NCBI GenBank assembly: GCA_963739805.1
Contig: CAVUBJ010000005.1
Span: forward strand, 21,163-85,162
Source of the DNA: an uncultured Trueperaceae bacterium
Lineage (GTDB): Bacteria; Deinococcota; Deinococci; Deinococcales; Trueperaceae
Reading direction: 5' to 3'
Length of the DNA: 64,000 bases
The notes beneath the pieces are model-generated. The model ran no database searches and was not told the origin of the DNA. It saw only the letters and a program-made list of their open reading frames with translations. The position numbers and the translations under genes were made by a program. Of this stretch, positions 21,421-31,523 are shown in pieces (position 1 is the stretch's first letter; every line of letters starts with the position of its first letter).

Positions 21421-22812
21421 TCACTGGCTGTCGGCGTACGCCACGTTCCCGGGAGCCACACCCCAGTGCGCCACCACCTCGCTGCCGATGGCCCGGAACA
21501 GGGGCGCCGCCACATAGGTGCTGGTCTTGTTGACCTGCGGCTTCTGGAGGGTCACGACCATCACGACGCGGGGGCGCTCGGCCGGGAACATGCCGGCGAA
21601 GGTCAGGGAGTACTCGCCGTCGGGGTAGGTGCCGAGCGCGGGGTCGTAGATGTCCGCGGTGCCCGACTTGCCGGCGACGGAGACGCCGGGGATCTTCGAG
21701 CGCCTCAGGCCGCTGGCCTCCACCACGTGGATCAGCATGCTCCGCACCCCCTGCGCCACCTCGGGCGACAGCACCCGGTGGGGCGCGGGAACGCTCTCCC
21801 CGTCGACCAGGCTGGGTGGCACGTAGACGCCGTCGTAGGCGAGGATGCTGTAGGCCGCGGCGAGCTGCAGCGGGGTGGTGGCCACCGACTGCCCGATGGT
21901 GTTGGAGGCCTGGTCCTGCGGCACCCACCCCTGCCACGGGTTCAGCAGCCCGGCCCGGGTGTAGGTACTCTCCAGGTCGAGATCCTGGCCGAAGCCGTAG
22001 CGCGCCAGCCAGTCGTGGAGCTCCTGGGGCGTGAAGCGCCAGGTAAGGTTGATCATCCCCGAGTTGCTCGAGTAGCGCAGGACGTCGGGCACGGCGAGCT
22101 GCGGATCGTGCCAGGCGACGTCGTGGAAGGTCTTGTCCCCCACCCGGATGCTGTGCGGGGCGTCGATCACCTCGTCGGGCGCGAGGCGCCCGGTCTGCAG
22201 CAGCGCGGCGACCACGAACGGTTTCATGACCGAGCCCGGTTCGTACTCCTGCAGGAAGGCGCGATTGACCATCTCCGCGCGGCCGGCGTCGCGCCAGCGG
22301 TTGGGGTCGAAGCTGGGGTAGCTGGCGGCCGCCAGGATGCGGCCGGTGCCGACCTCGAGGATCACGGCGGCGCCGTCCGCCGCCCGGTTCTCCGTGACCA
22401 CCCGCGCGAGGTTGGTCTCCGCCGCGGCCTGCAGCGTCGGATCGAGCGTGAGTCGTACGTCCTGCCCCGCCTGCAGGCGCGCGTCGAGGGTGTACTCCAG
22501 CCCCTCGAGCCCGAAGCGCCCGTCGGGTTGCAGCGAGCCCGTGAATCCCAACATGTTCGCGGCCAGTCTGCCCTGTGGGTAGCGCCGCTGGCCCACCGCC
22601 CCGTCGGCCAGGATGGTCCCGTCCGCGGCGACGATGCGACCTCGAAGGGGCGCCTCGACCGGCGGGGCCGGGAACTCGGGGACGCCGTGCTGCTGGCTGG
22701 CGAAGCCGAACAGGGCGGCGACGAGGGGCAGCGTGATGAGCACGACCATGAGGCCGCGGCGGGTCAGGTGGAGCTCCTCGGGGTCGCGTTGGGTGTGGGT
22801 GGTCAGCGCCAT
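21421..22812 (-). CDS. ftsI: penicillin-binding protein 2/3 family transpeptidase (FtsI-like)
   Basis: N-terminal TM helix; SVMKP (SxxK), SSN (SxN) and KSGT (KTG) motifs. Confidence 0.92.
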   Translation of the reverse strand: MALTTHTQRDPEELHLTRRGLMVVLITLPLVAALFGFASQQHGVPEFPAPPVEAPLRGRIVAADGTILADGAVGQRRYPQGRLAANMLGFTGSLQPDGRFGLEGLEYTLDARLQAGQDVRLTLDPTLQAAAETNLARVVTENRAADGAAVILEVGTGRILAAASYPSFDPNRWRDAGRAEMVNRAFLQEYEPGSVMKPFVVAALLQTGRLAPDEVIDAPHSIRVGDKTFHDVAWHDPQLAVPDVLRYSSNSGMINLTWRFTPQELHDWLARYGFGQDLDLESTYTRAGLLNPWQGWVPQDQASNTIGQSVATTPLQLAAAYSILAYDGVYVPPSLVDGESVPAPHRVLSPEVAQGVRSMLIHVVEASGLRRSKIPGVSVAGKSGTADIYDPALGTYPDGEYSLTFAGMFPAERPRVVMVVTLQKPQVNKTSTYVAAPLFRAIGSEVVAHWGVAPGNVAYADSQ

Positions 22813-23123
22813 AGCGTGCGGATCTCCAGGCCGGTCTGGGGCAGGGCAGGGGAGGGGGCCGGGGCGGGGGCCACGGGGATCAGCGTCTGTGCCTCCGGGG
22901 CGGGGACCATGCCGTGGGCCCCGGCCCAGGCGGCCACCGCCAGCGGGCCGCGAACGGCCTCGGCGCGGCTGCGCAACTCGGCGAGCTGGGTCTGCAGGCT
23001 GGCCTTGCGGTCCATCAGCCGGAGCTGCTGACGGTACAGCGCCTGGTTGACGCCGCCGACGGCGGCGAGGCCCAGCAGCAGCGCGAGGTACGCGGGGATG
23101 ACGGCGCGCCAGCGGCGACTCAT
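22803..23123 (-). CDS. ftsL: cell division protein FtsL-like (septum formation initiator)
   Basis: 106 aa with a TM helix, then a coiled-coil (LRLMDRKASLQTQLAELRS). Position between rsmH and ftsI. ATG overlaps the rsmH TGA. Confidence 0.7.
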   Translation of the reverse strand: MSRRWRAVIPAYLALLLGLAAVGGVNQALYRQQLRLMDRKASLQTQLAELRSRAEAVRGPLAVAAWAGAHGMVPAPEAQTLIPVAPAPAPSPALPQTGLEIRTLWR

Positions 23124-23989
23124 GGCTCCACCCGCTCGCCGGCCCGCAGCTTGGCGCTGCGCGCCCGCGGATTGGCCGCGACCTCGGCCTCGTCGGCCTC
23201 CACCGGGCGCTTGGTCAGGGGCTGCATGCGCGGCGAGTCCTTGAGGAAGCGCTTGACGATGCGGTCCTCGAGTGAGTGGTAGCTCAGCACCACCAGGCGG
23301 CCGCCCGGCTCGAGCAAGCGGCCGGCGGCCTCGAGCCCCTCCTGCAGGGCACCGAGCTCGTCGTTGACGTGGATCCGCAGGGCCTGGAAGGTGCGTCGGG
23401 CGGGGTGCGCCCGGCGCGGTCCGGGCGGGTAGGCCGACGCCACCACCTCGGCCAGGCGCGCCGTGGTGGTGATGGGCGCCTGTTCGCGGGCCTCCACGAT
23501 GCGGCGGGCGATGCGGCGGCTGTGCCGCTCCTCGCCGTAGCGCCACAGCAGGGCCGCCAGGGCCTCCATGGTGGCCCCGTTGATCACGTCGGCGGCGCTC
23601 TCCCCGAGCGGGTTCATGCGCATGTCCAGGGGCCCGTCCTGCCGGAAGGCGAAGCCCCGCTCTCCCTCGTCGAGCTGCATCGATGAGACCCCCAGGTCGA
23701 GCAGCACCCCGGCGAACGGCCCGCGTTGGTGGTCACGGGCGAGGCGTTCCATGTCCCGGAAGTTGCCCGGGGCGAAGGCGAAACAGGCACCCTCCGGGAT
23801 GCCGTGGGCGTGTTCGAGGGCCCGGGGGTCCTGATCGATGCCGAGTACGCAGGCGCCCGCCTGGAGCAGGGCGCGGCTGTGGCCGCCGGCTCCGAAGGTG
23901 CCGTCGACGTACCAGGCGCCCTCGCGGGGCGCCAGGTGGTGCAGGCAGAGCTCGAGCATGACGGGCAGGTGCGGGGTCGCGGTGGTCAT
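23120..23989 (-). CDS. rsmH: 16S rRNA (cytosine1402-N4)-methyltransferase
   Basis: HLPVMLELCLHHL, SAM-binding VDGTFGAGGHS, DLGVSSMQLD. Start MTTATPHLPV is an ATG overlapping the mraZ stop. Confidence 0.92.
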   Translation of the reverse strand: MTTATPHLPVMLELCLHHLAPREGAWYVDGTFGAGGHSRALLQAGACVLGIDQDPRALEHAHGIPEGACFAFAPGNFRDMERLARDHQRGPFAGVLLDLGVSSMQLDEGERGFAFRQDGPLDMRMNPLGESAADVINGATMEALAALLWRYGEERHSRRIARRIVEAREQAPITTTARLAEVVASAYPPGPRRAHPARRTFQALRIHVNDELGALQEGLEAAGRLLEPGGRLVVLSYHSLEDRIVKRFLKDSPRMQPLTKRPVEADEAEVAANPRARSAKLRAGERVEP

Positions 23990-24414
23990 CCGACGAGCTC
24001 CCGGAGGAGGTCCGGCGCGGGCGGTTGCGACTGCACCGCGGCCAGGTTGTCGAGCCAGCGCGACGCGTTCCACACCTCGAGGCGGTTGGGCGCGCCGGCC
24101 ACCACCACGTTGCCCTCCACCTGGGCGAAACCGCGCAGCGTTCCGGGGATGGTGATGCGGCCGGCCGCATCGAGGCGGGCCTTGGAGGCGCCCGAGTAGA
24201 AGAAGCGAACGAAGTTGCGCGCCTCCGGATCGGTCAACGGCAGCTCGGTGAGGCGCGTCTCGATGCGCTGCCAGGCGCCCATTGGGAAGACGTAGAGGCA
24301 GCCCTCCATGCCCCGCGTGATCACCATGCCGTCCTCCACGAACTCACGGAACGCCGGGGGCACGATCATGCGCCCCTTGTCGTCCACTGAGTACTGGAAT
24401 TCCCCGAACGGCAT
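23986..24414 (-). CDS. mraZ: division/cell wall cluster transcriptional regulator MraZ
   Basis: MPFGEFQYSVDDKGRMIVP, two MraZ/SpoVT repeats. GAGGGAG RBS. Confidence 0.95.
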   Translation of the reverse strand: MPFGEFQYSVDDKGRMIVPPAFREFVEDGMVITRGMEGCLYVFPMGAWQRIETRLTELPLTDPEARNFVRFFYSGASKARLDAAGRITIPGTLRGFAQVEGNVVVAGAPNRLEVWNASRWLDNLAAVQSQPPAPDLLRELVG

Positions 24415-24483
24415 CGCCTCGTGCGCTCCCTCGTCGGCCCTGGGGCCACGACCCCCAACGGCATGGGTGGGTCAGGAAAAGTC

Positions 24484-24516
24484 TACCACAATTTCCCACA
24501 ATCCCCCACCCCTGTG
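24484..24516 (-). promoter_or_regulatory. candidate MraZ operator: three direct TGTGG(G) repeats at 10-bp spacing, overlapping an extended -10 (TGGTAGACT)
   Basis: Minus-strand sequence GGTGGGGGAT/TGTGGGAAAT/TGTGGTAGAC located 60-95 nt upstream of the mraZ ATG. Confidence 0.55.
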
Positions 24517-24865
24517 GTCGATGTCTCCACCGCCTGCCGGGCGCCGGCCCACAGTGCCCGTGTTGCGATAGGAACGCCGTCCAGGACAGATCTCTCGTCG
24601 CGGGAACGGGCACCGGCCCGGGCGCTCGGGAGCCGCTCGGTCCGACCGGTGTGCGGCCTCGGCCGGGGCGCGCCGGCGCGCGGCGAATCGACCGGCGTGC
24701 CCTCTTGCGCGTGCAGGACGGCGGCGCGGCCGATGGGCCGCCGCGCGCCGGGGGTGGGAGCGCGGTGGGGGCTCGTGGGGAGAGGGACACGAGGCGCGCG
24801 GAGGGGGCGGGGGTCCCCGCGGGGGTCCGGGCGCAAAGGGGAAGGGCGGCCCCGAAGGGCCGCCC

Positions 24866-25258
<393 letters not shown>

Positions 25259-25369
25259 CGTTGATGCTAGCACGCCGGGCGGGGCGAGCGCCGAGGCGCG
25301 GCGGGGGGCGGGGCCACGACACGGGGCGGCCCGTGAGGACCGCCCCGATGGCGTCGGTGTCGCGGGGAG

Positions 25370-26485
25370 CTACTGCTGGCGGTAGTCCGTAACGCTGATG
25401 TCGCCGTCGACGATCTGCTGCTTGATGGCGTCGACCTCGTCGAGGACGGCCTGCGGGATGAGTGCGCGGTTGTAGTCGTCGAGCGCATAGTCGACGCCCT
25501 GCTCGGCCAGGCCGAGGTTCAGCGTGCCGCCGGTGAACGTGCCGTTGACGACGTCCATGGCGGCGTCGTAGGCGGCCACGTCGACGCGCTTGAGCATGCT
25601 GGTGAGGCCGTGGTTGAGCGTGGTGGGGTCGTTGTCGGTGTCGCCACGGAAGTCCTGGTTGCTATCCACGCCGATGAAGAACAGCGGCTGGTCACCGGCG
25701 GCGCACTTCGACTGGTCGTTGGCGCCGAGGGGCACGTTCTTGAGCTGGTCCGCCATCGGCGAGGGCCGCAGGGGACCGCTCGGGGTGTAGCAGGCCTTCT
25801 CGTTGACGAAGTCGATGACACCGTTACCCGAGGCACCGGCGGCGGCGAAGATGATGTCCGCGCCCTGCGCCTGCTGGGCGGTGGCGAGCTCCTTGGCGCG
25901 CGCCGGGTCGTTCCATGCTGCCGGTGTGACGCCCACGTAGTTGCTGATGACGGTGCACTCCGGGCAGGCCCTGGCCACGCCTTCCTGGTAGCCCAGATCG
26001 AACGCGTGGATGAGCGGGATGTCCATGCCGCCCACGAAGCCGACCGTGCCGGTCTGGGTGAGCTTGCCGGCGATGAAGCCGACCAGGTAGCTGCCCTCGT
26101 GTTCCTTGAAGAGCACGCTGCGCACGTTGGGACCGTCGGCCACGGCGTCGATGATGACGAAGTCGGTGTCCGGGAACTCCTTGGACGCGGCGGTGATGGA
26201 ATCCGCCTGGGAGAAGCCCGGGGCGACGATCAGCTCGGCGCCCTGCTGGGCGATCTGGCGCTGGCCTTGAGCGGCGGTGTCGGGCGAGCCCTCGAACTCC
26301 AGCAGGTCGATCTCGTACCCCTGCCCCTTGAGATCGTCGACGGCGCGCTGCACGCCTTCGAAGGTGCCCTGGTTGAACGAGCCGTCGAACTTGCCGCCTG
26401 CATCGTAGACGATGCCGAAGACGAAGTCCTGGGCGACGGCGCCCGTGACGAGTAGCGCGGCGAGTAGTACAAGAAGCTTTCGCAT
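25370..26485 (-). CDS. BMP family (Med/PnrA-like) ABC transporter substrate-binding lipoprotein
   Basis: Signal peptide MRKLLVLLAALLVTGAVA; BMP family fold (purine nucleoside/basic membrane protein). GGGAGG RBS. The 39 aa upstream in the track ORF was rejected. Confidence 0.85.
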   Translation of the reverse strand: MRKLLVLLAALLVTGAVAQDFVFGIVYDAGGKFDGSFNQGTFEGVQRAVDDLKGQGYEIDLLEFEGSPDTAAQGQRQIAQQGAELIVAPGFSQADSITAASKEFPDTDFVIIDAVADGPNVRSVLFKEHEGSYLVGFIAGKLTQTGTVGFVGGMDIPLIHAFDLGYQEGVARACPECTVISNYVGVTPAAWNDPARAKELATAQQAQGADIIFAAAGASGNGVIDFVNEKACYTPSGPLRPSPMADQLKNVPLGANDQSKCAAGDQPLFFIGVDSNQDFRGDTDNDPTTLNHGLTSMLKRVDVAAYDAAMDVVNGTFTGGTLNLGLAEQGVDYALDDYNRALIPQAVLDEVDAIKQQIVDGDISVTDYRQQ

Positions 26486-26724
26486 GCGACGTGATGCCTC
26501 CCTAAAGGTGTGGCCGGGGCTCTCGCCCCCCGGACCCTGTCGGAGTGAGTGTACCACGCGTTCCCACGGCCCTTCCCGGCACCTTGCGCGGGCTTCCTTC
26601 ACCGGCCCCTCATCGGCGAGGGGGCGGCCACCGGGCGGTGCGGCGAGCCGCGCGAGGGCGAGGGTCGGTCGGTATACTCCGGCATGAACCGATCGCCACC
26701 CCGCTGCGCTGCGGCGGGCCCCGG

Positions 26725-27873
26725 ATGAGCGCGCTGTGGGCGTTCCTCGCGACCGTATGGGACGAGTTGCGCCGCAGTGTGGGGGAGGCGCTCGGGCTGT
26801 TCGGCGAGCGTGGATTCGCGGGGGGCGGCGCCCTCACGACGCTGGTGACGCGCCTGCTGGTGTCGCTGCTGCTGCTGGCCTCCTTCGGCGTGGCCCTGTG
26901 GCTGGCGCGCCGCGCCGTGCGCGTGGTGGGGCGCCGCTTGCACTTGCCCGAGGACCTGCTGCGGACGCTGCGGCGCGCGCTCGGGTACGCCGTGGGCCTG
27001 CTCGCCGCCCTGGCGGTGCTGGCGCAGTTCGGTGCCGATCGCGCGATGCTCGGGCGGGTGGCCGCCGCGGCGCTGTTCGCGCTGCTGTACTACGCCGTGT
27101 GGATCATGGGGATGCGCATCCTGGCCAACGCCACCCAGCGTCGGGGCATCGATCGTTCGCTCGAGCAGCTGTTGCGCAACGTGCTCGGGGTGCTCGTCGG
27201 GGCCTTCGGCGTCATCACGGTGCTCGATCAGTTCGGCGTGGACGTCCTGGGCGTGGTGACCGCGCTCGGTGTGGTGGGCATCGCGGTCGGCTTCGCGGCG
27301 CAGGACACCTTGTCGAACTTCATCTCCGGCATCACGCTGCTGATCGAGCGCCCCTTCCGCATCGGCGACTGGGTGGAGCTCGCGGGCAAGGTCGGGCGCG
27401 TCGAGCGCATCTCGTTGCGGACCACCCGGCTGGTCACGCGCGACAATGTCCACACCTCGATCCCGAATGCCAGTGTGGCCTCCGCGGAGATCGTCAACCT
27501 GTCCGCTGGCGGACCGCTGCGCCTGCACATCCCCGTCGGCATCGCCTACAAGGAGTCGGCGCGGGCGGCGCGTGAGGCGTTGATGCCCGTGCTTCGGGAG
27601 CATCCGCTGGTCCTGCAGGAGCCGGCGCGCAGCCCCCGCGTGCTCGTCGACGAGCTCGGCGACTCCTCGGTCAACCTGGTGTTGCACGCCTGGATCGGTA
27701 CCGAGACCATCGCCACGCAGCCCGCGGTCAGCGCGGAGCTGCTCGAGAGCGCCAAGGAGGCGCTCGACGCCGCGGGCATCGAGATCCCGTTCCCGCATCT
27801 GCAGCTCTTCCTGGAGCAGACCGAGGCGCTCGCGCCCCTGGTGCGGCTGGCGGGCGGCGGCGCCGCGGACTGA
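26725..27873 (+). CDS. small-conductance mechanosensitive channel (MscS family)
   Basis: Three N-terminal TM helices. Conserved MscS pore/beta-domain region AVGFAAQDTLSNFISGITLLIERPFRIGDWVEL. Confidence 0.88.
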   Translation: MSALWAFLATVWDELRRSVGEALGLFGERGFAGGGALTTLVTRLLVSLLLLASFGVALWLARRAVRVVGRRLHLPEDLLRTLRRALGYAVGLLAALAVLAQFGADRAMLGRVAAAALFALLYYAVWIMGMRILANATQRRGIDRSLEQLLRNVLGVLVGAFGVITVLDQFGVDVLGVVTALGVVGIAVGFAAQDTLSNFISGITLLIERPFRIGDWVELAGKVGRVERISLRTTRLVTRDNVHTSIPNASVASAEIVNLSAGGPLRLHIPVGIAYKESARAAREALMPVLREHPLVLQEPARSPRVLVDELGDSSVNLVLHAWIGTETIATQPAVSAELLESAKEALDAAGIEIPFPHLQLFLEQTEALAPLVRLAGGGAAD

Positions 27874-27959
27874 GCCGTCGGGCCGCCCCATGCCCGCCCG
27901 GTGCCCGCCGGGGGGAGCGCCGCGGGCGCGCCCAGGACGCTCACGACATTGCGGAACGC

Positions 27960-28481
27960 TCAGAACAGGATGCGGGACCAGTCCAGCTCGTCGAGCGGCT
28001 GGAAGATGTCGACGTACTCCAGCAGGATGCCGGCGGACTGGTTCTTGAACATGGCGCACTCGACGTGCTTGCCGGTACGTTTGATGGACTCCACCAGCTC
28101 CACGTAGTCGCCGTCGCCGGACACCAGCAACGCCGCATCGTAGGCGTCCTGGTAGGCCAGCGACAGGGCCTCGACCGCCAGCGCCACGTCGATCCCCTTC
28201 TCGACCAGCGAGCCGTCGCTGCGCCGGTGCAGCCTCCCCAGCCGCACCGTCACGTAGGGGATGCGCCGCAGGGACTCGAAGAATCGGTGCTGGCCGTCGC
28301 GGAGCTCCTCGTCGTAGTCGTCCGTGAGTGAGGCGTTGTAGTAGTAGGTGCGGAACAGCGGCCGATCCCGGCGCAGCTGCTGGATGAGCTCGGCCAGGTT
28401 GACGCGGGTGTTCTGCAGGTTCTCCCGCATGCCGTTGTAGAGATTGCTTCCGTCGATGAAGATGGCTACGCGTTCGCTCAC
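27960..28481 (-). CDS. NYN domain (LabA-like) protein
   Basis: VAIFIDGSNLY...LLVSGDGDYVELVE, typical of NYN/PIN-like RNase domain proteins. GTG start is inferred. The track ORF extends 204 aa upstream in junk. Confidence 0.75.
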   Translation of the reverse strand: MSERVAIFIDGSNLYNGMRENLQNTRVNLAELIQQLRRDRPLFRTYYYNASLTDDYDEELRDGQHRFFESLRRIPYVTVRLGRLHRRSDGSLVEKGIDVALAVEALSLAYQDAYDAALLVSGDGDYVELVESIKRTGKHVECAMFKNQSAGILLEYVDIFQPLDELDWSRILF

Positions 28482-28697
28482 GGGGTACCCCCGGGGACGC
28501 GTCGGCGGGCGGCGCCCGGTGTCGTCAGAACCGCGCCCTCCCTTGGATTGTCCCCTCGGAAATCGTGCACTCATAGGATCTCGGCCGATGGTGTCGCTTG
28601 GCGGGCCGTCCACTAGTGTACCCGGGACCCGCCCGCTTGCAAAGGGTGCGCGCGGGGACGCCGGCCGCGTCCAGGGCGCGGCGCGTATACTCACGCC

Positions 28698-29183
28698 ATG
28701 CCTGCCAAGACCCGCGTCGCCAGCTTCGACCTCGACCACAGTCGCGTCCGTGCGCCCTACGTGCGCCTGGCCGGCCGCTACGCCGGCCGGAGCGGCGACG
28801 TCGTCAGCAAGTACGACCTGCGCCTGGTGCAGCCCAACCGGGCCGAGATCCCGACCGCCGCGCTGCACACCATGGAGCACCTGCTGGCCGGCTACCTGCG
28901 CGACCGGCTCGAGGCCGTCATCGTCGACGCGAGCCCGATGGGGTGCCGCACCGGCTTCTACCTGACGGTGCTGGGTGAGCCGCGCGAGGAAGCCGTGCGT
29001 GCCGCCCTCGAGGGCGCCTTGGGCGACGTCGCGCGGCACGAGGGGGAGATCCCCGGCTGCAGCCCGCTGCGCTGCGGCAACTGGCGCGATCACTCGCTGC
29101 CCGGCGCCCGCGCCTGGGCGAGCGCGGTCCTCGAGCAGCCCATCGTCGTGCAGGACACCATCGCGCTACCCGAAGGCGCCTGA
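28698..29183 (+). CDS. luxS: S-ribosylhomocysteine lyase
   Basis: HTMEHLLAG metal-binding motif and conserved C-terminal Cys. Size 161 aa. A TATACT -10 lies 6 nt upstream of the ATG (leaderless). Confidence 0.9.
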   Translation: MPAKTRVASFDLDHSRVRAPYVRLAGRYAGRSGDVVSKYDLRLVQPNRAEIPTAALHTMEHLLAGYLRDRLEAVIVDASPMGCRTGFYLTVLGEPREEAVRAALEGALGDVARHEGEIPGCSPLRCGNWRDHSLPGARAWASAVLEQPIVVQDTIALPEGA

Positions 29184-29280
29184 GTCGGGTCGGCGGCGCG
29201 GGCCCTCAGGAGCCCCCCGTGAGCGGGATCGTCATGGGCTCATCAAGACTCTCATGAGAGCACGCGGCATAATGCCGCTC

Positions 29281-29958
29281 ATGGAGCGCAAACCCCTCAT
29301 CCTGATCGTGGAAGACGAGAAGGAGATCGCCAAGTTCATCGACCTGGAGCTCCAGGCCGAGAGCTACGACACGGTGGTCACCTTCGACGGCGTCACGGGC
29401 CTCTCGAAGTTCCGGGAGCTCAACCCCGACCTGGTCGTCCTGGACCTGATGCTACCTGTGCTGGACGGATTGGAGGTCGCGCGGCGCATCCGCAAGACCA
29501 GCAATACGCCCATCATCATCCTGACCGCCAAGGACTCGGTGGACGACAAGGTGACCGGACTCGATTCGGGCGCCGACGACTACCTGGTCAAGCCCTTCAG
29601 CATCGAGGAGCTGCTGGCCCGCGTGCGCGCCCATCTGCGCCGCGTCAACCCTGCCGTGACCGGCGAGGTCCGTGTGGCCGACCTGGTGATGAACCTCGAC
29701 GGCCGCGAGGTGTTCCGCGACGGCCGCCGCATCGAGCTGTCGGCGAAGGAGTTCGAGCTGCTCGAACTCTTCGCGCGCAACCCCGGCAAGGTGTTCAACC
29801 GCTTCGAGATCGAGGAGAAGGTGTGGCCCGAGTACACCGGCGGGAGCAACGTGGTGGACGTCTACGTCGGCTACCTTCGGCGCAAGCTCGAGCAGGACGG
29901 CGAGCGCCGGCTGATCCATACCGTGCGCGGCGTGGGGTACGTCCTGCGCGAGGAGTAA
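29281..29958 (+). CDS. OmpR-family response regulator
   Basis: LILIVEDE...D receiver domain; C-terminal winged helix [12 protein letters not shown]...[12 protein letters not shown]. An alternative start lies at 29272. Confidence 0.9.
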   Translation: MERKPLILIVEDEKEIAKFIDLELQAESYDTVVTFDGVTGLSKFRELNPDLVVLDLMLPVLDGLEVARRIRKTSNTPIIILTAKDSVDDKVTGLDSGADDYLVKPFSIEELLARVRAHLRRVNPAVTGEVRVADLVMNLDGREVFRDGRRIELSAKEFELLELFARNPGKVFNRFEIEEKVWPEYTGGSNVVDVYVGYLRRKLEQDGERRLIHTVRGVGYVLREE

Positions 29959-29968
29959 GCGGCGTCGG

Positions 29969-31465
29969 ATGTCCCTGCGCCTGAGGCTCACGCTCTTCTT
30001 CAGCGCCTTCATCGCCGTCATCCTCTCGGCGGTGGCCGTATCGGTCTACATCCTGACCGAGACCTCGCTCAACAGCACGCTGGAGGAGCGGGCCACGCAG
30101 GCTCTGTCCGACCTGACGCGCGGCGTCGTGCCCGTCCCCGAGGGGCTGCAGAAGCTGCCCGGGGATGCGTATTATCAAATCATGGTGTTGGGCGTCGCCG
30201 GGCGCGTGCCCGACACGCCGGCCGACGTGCGCAACGCGATCCCCTATACCTCGTCGGTCAATCCGCGCACCAACCCGACGGGGGACTCGATGGTCTCGCT
30301 GCTGCCCGACAGCGCCCTGCTGCAGCTGCTCGAATCCGGCTCGGTGTCCTCGTCGGTGACGCTCTCCAACGGCGAGAAGCTACGCGTGCTGGGAGAGCTC
30401 GGCAAGCTCGACCGCCCGGCGCTGCAGCAGAGCTTCGAGGTCGCCATGTTCATCGGCATCCCGGCGAGCACGGTGGCCCGCACCCTGGACCAGCTCGCGC
30501 GCGACCTGGCGCTGACCGTGATCTTGGCCTTCCTGGCGTTCGCCCTGGGCGTGTGGGTCTTGTCGTTGCGGGTCCTGGCGCCGCTGCAGCGCGTGACCGA
30601 GGCCGCCGGCCGCGTGTCTGGGCGTGAACTGTCCATGCGCGTGCCGACGCCGCCGAGCCGCGACGAGATCCGCGAGCTGGCCGTCACCATCAACCACATG
30701 CTCGACAGGTTGCAGGAGTCGTTCGAGACGCAGCGGCGCTTCACGGCCGACGCCAGCCACGAGCTGCGCACGCCGGTCACCGCCATCGTGGGGCACGCCA
30801 ACTACCTGTTGCGGCGCACCCAGCCCACCCCGGAGCAGGTGGACTCGCTCACCGTCATCCGTCGCGAGGCGGAGCGCATGGCCAAGCTGGTCAACGACCT
30901 GCTGGAGCTCGCCCGGGCCGACGCCGGGTTCTCCATCCAGCTCGAGCCCATGAACCTGCTGGAGGTGGTGGAGGCGGTGCACATGGAGATCGCGCCGGTC
31001 GCCGGCGAGACGGTCATCGAGGTGAGCGCGGGCGCGCCCGTGGTGGAGGTGTCGGGGGACGCCGCGCGCCTCAAGCAGGTGGTGTTGAACCTGGTACAGA
31101 ACGCTCTCAACGCGGGCGCGCGTCACGTGTTGGTGAGCGTCAGCGCAGAGCGCCAGAACGTGCGCCTGGAGATCCTCGACGACGGTCCCGGCGTGCCGCC
31201 CGAGGCCATCCCGCACCTCTTCGATCGCTTCTACCGCGTGGACGGCGCGCGCTCCGGGCGCGGCAACGGCTCGGGGCTGGGCCTGGCCATCGTGCGCTGG
31301 ATCGTTCAGCAACACGGCGGCAGCGTGTCGGTCGAGTCGCGCCTCGGGGAGGGGTCGGTGTTCACGGTGCTGCTGCCGGCGCTCGACCCCAAGCTCAGCG
31401 AGACGGGGGCGGCGAGGGCCGCGCCGGCCGACGGCCGCGGTCGGCTCGCCAGGAGGGGCGGCTAG
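29969..31465 (+). CDS. sensor histidine kinase (2 TM helices, HAMP, HisKA, HATPase_c)
   Basis: H-box [14 protein letters not shown]; N, G1 and G2 boxes ([26 protein letters not shown]). Confidence 0.9.
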   Translation: MSLRLRLTLFFSAFIAVILSAVAVSVYILTETSLNSTLEERATQALSDLTRGVVPVPEGLQKLPGDAYYQIMVLGVAGRVPDTPADVRNAIPYTSSVNPRTNPTGDSMVSLLPDSALLQLLESGSVSSSVTLSNGEKLRVLGELGKLDRPALQQSFEVAMFIGIPASTVARTLDQLARDLALTVILAFLAFALGVWVLSLRVLAPLQRVTEAAGRVSGRELSMRVPTPPSRDEIRELAVTINHMLDRLQESFETQRRFTADASHELRTPVTAIVGHANYLLRRTQPTPEQVDSLTVIRREAERMAKLVNDLLELARADAGFSIQLEPMNLLEVVEAVHMEIAPVAGETVIEVSAGAPVVEVSGDAARLKQVVLNLVQNALNAGARHVLVSVSAERQNVRLEILDDGPGVPPEAIPHLFDRFYRVDGARSGRGNGSGLGLAIVRWIVQQHGGSVSVESRLGEGSVFTVLLPALDPKLSETGAARAAPADGRGRLARRGG

Positions 31466-31523
31466 CGCCCCGCACGACCTCCGCCTCCCGGGCCGCTACA
31501 CTGGCCTCGGAGGTAGACGTGTC

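Noticed and set aside
10289-23031. Large antisense ORFs across the dcw cluster (for example 10289..11956 +, 13734..15950 +, 17877..19112 +, 20014..23031 +)
   Set aside because: Low-complexity products; antisense to conserved dcw genes.
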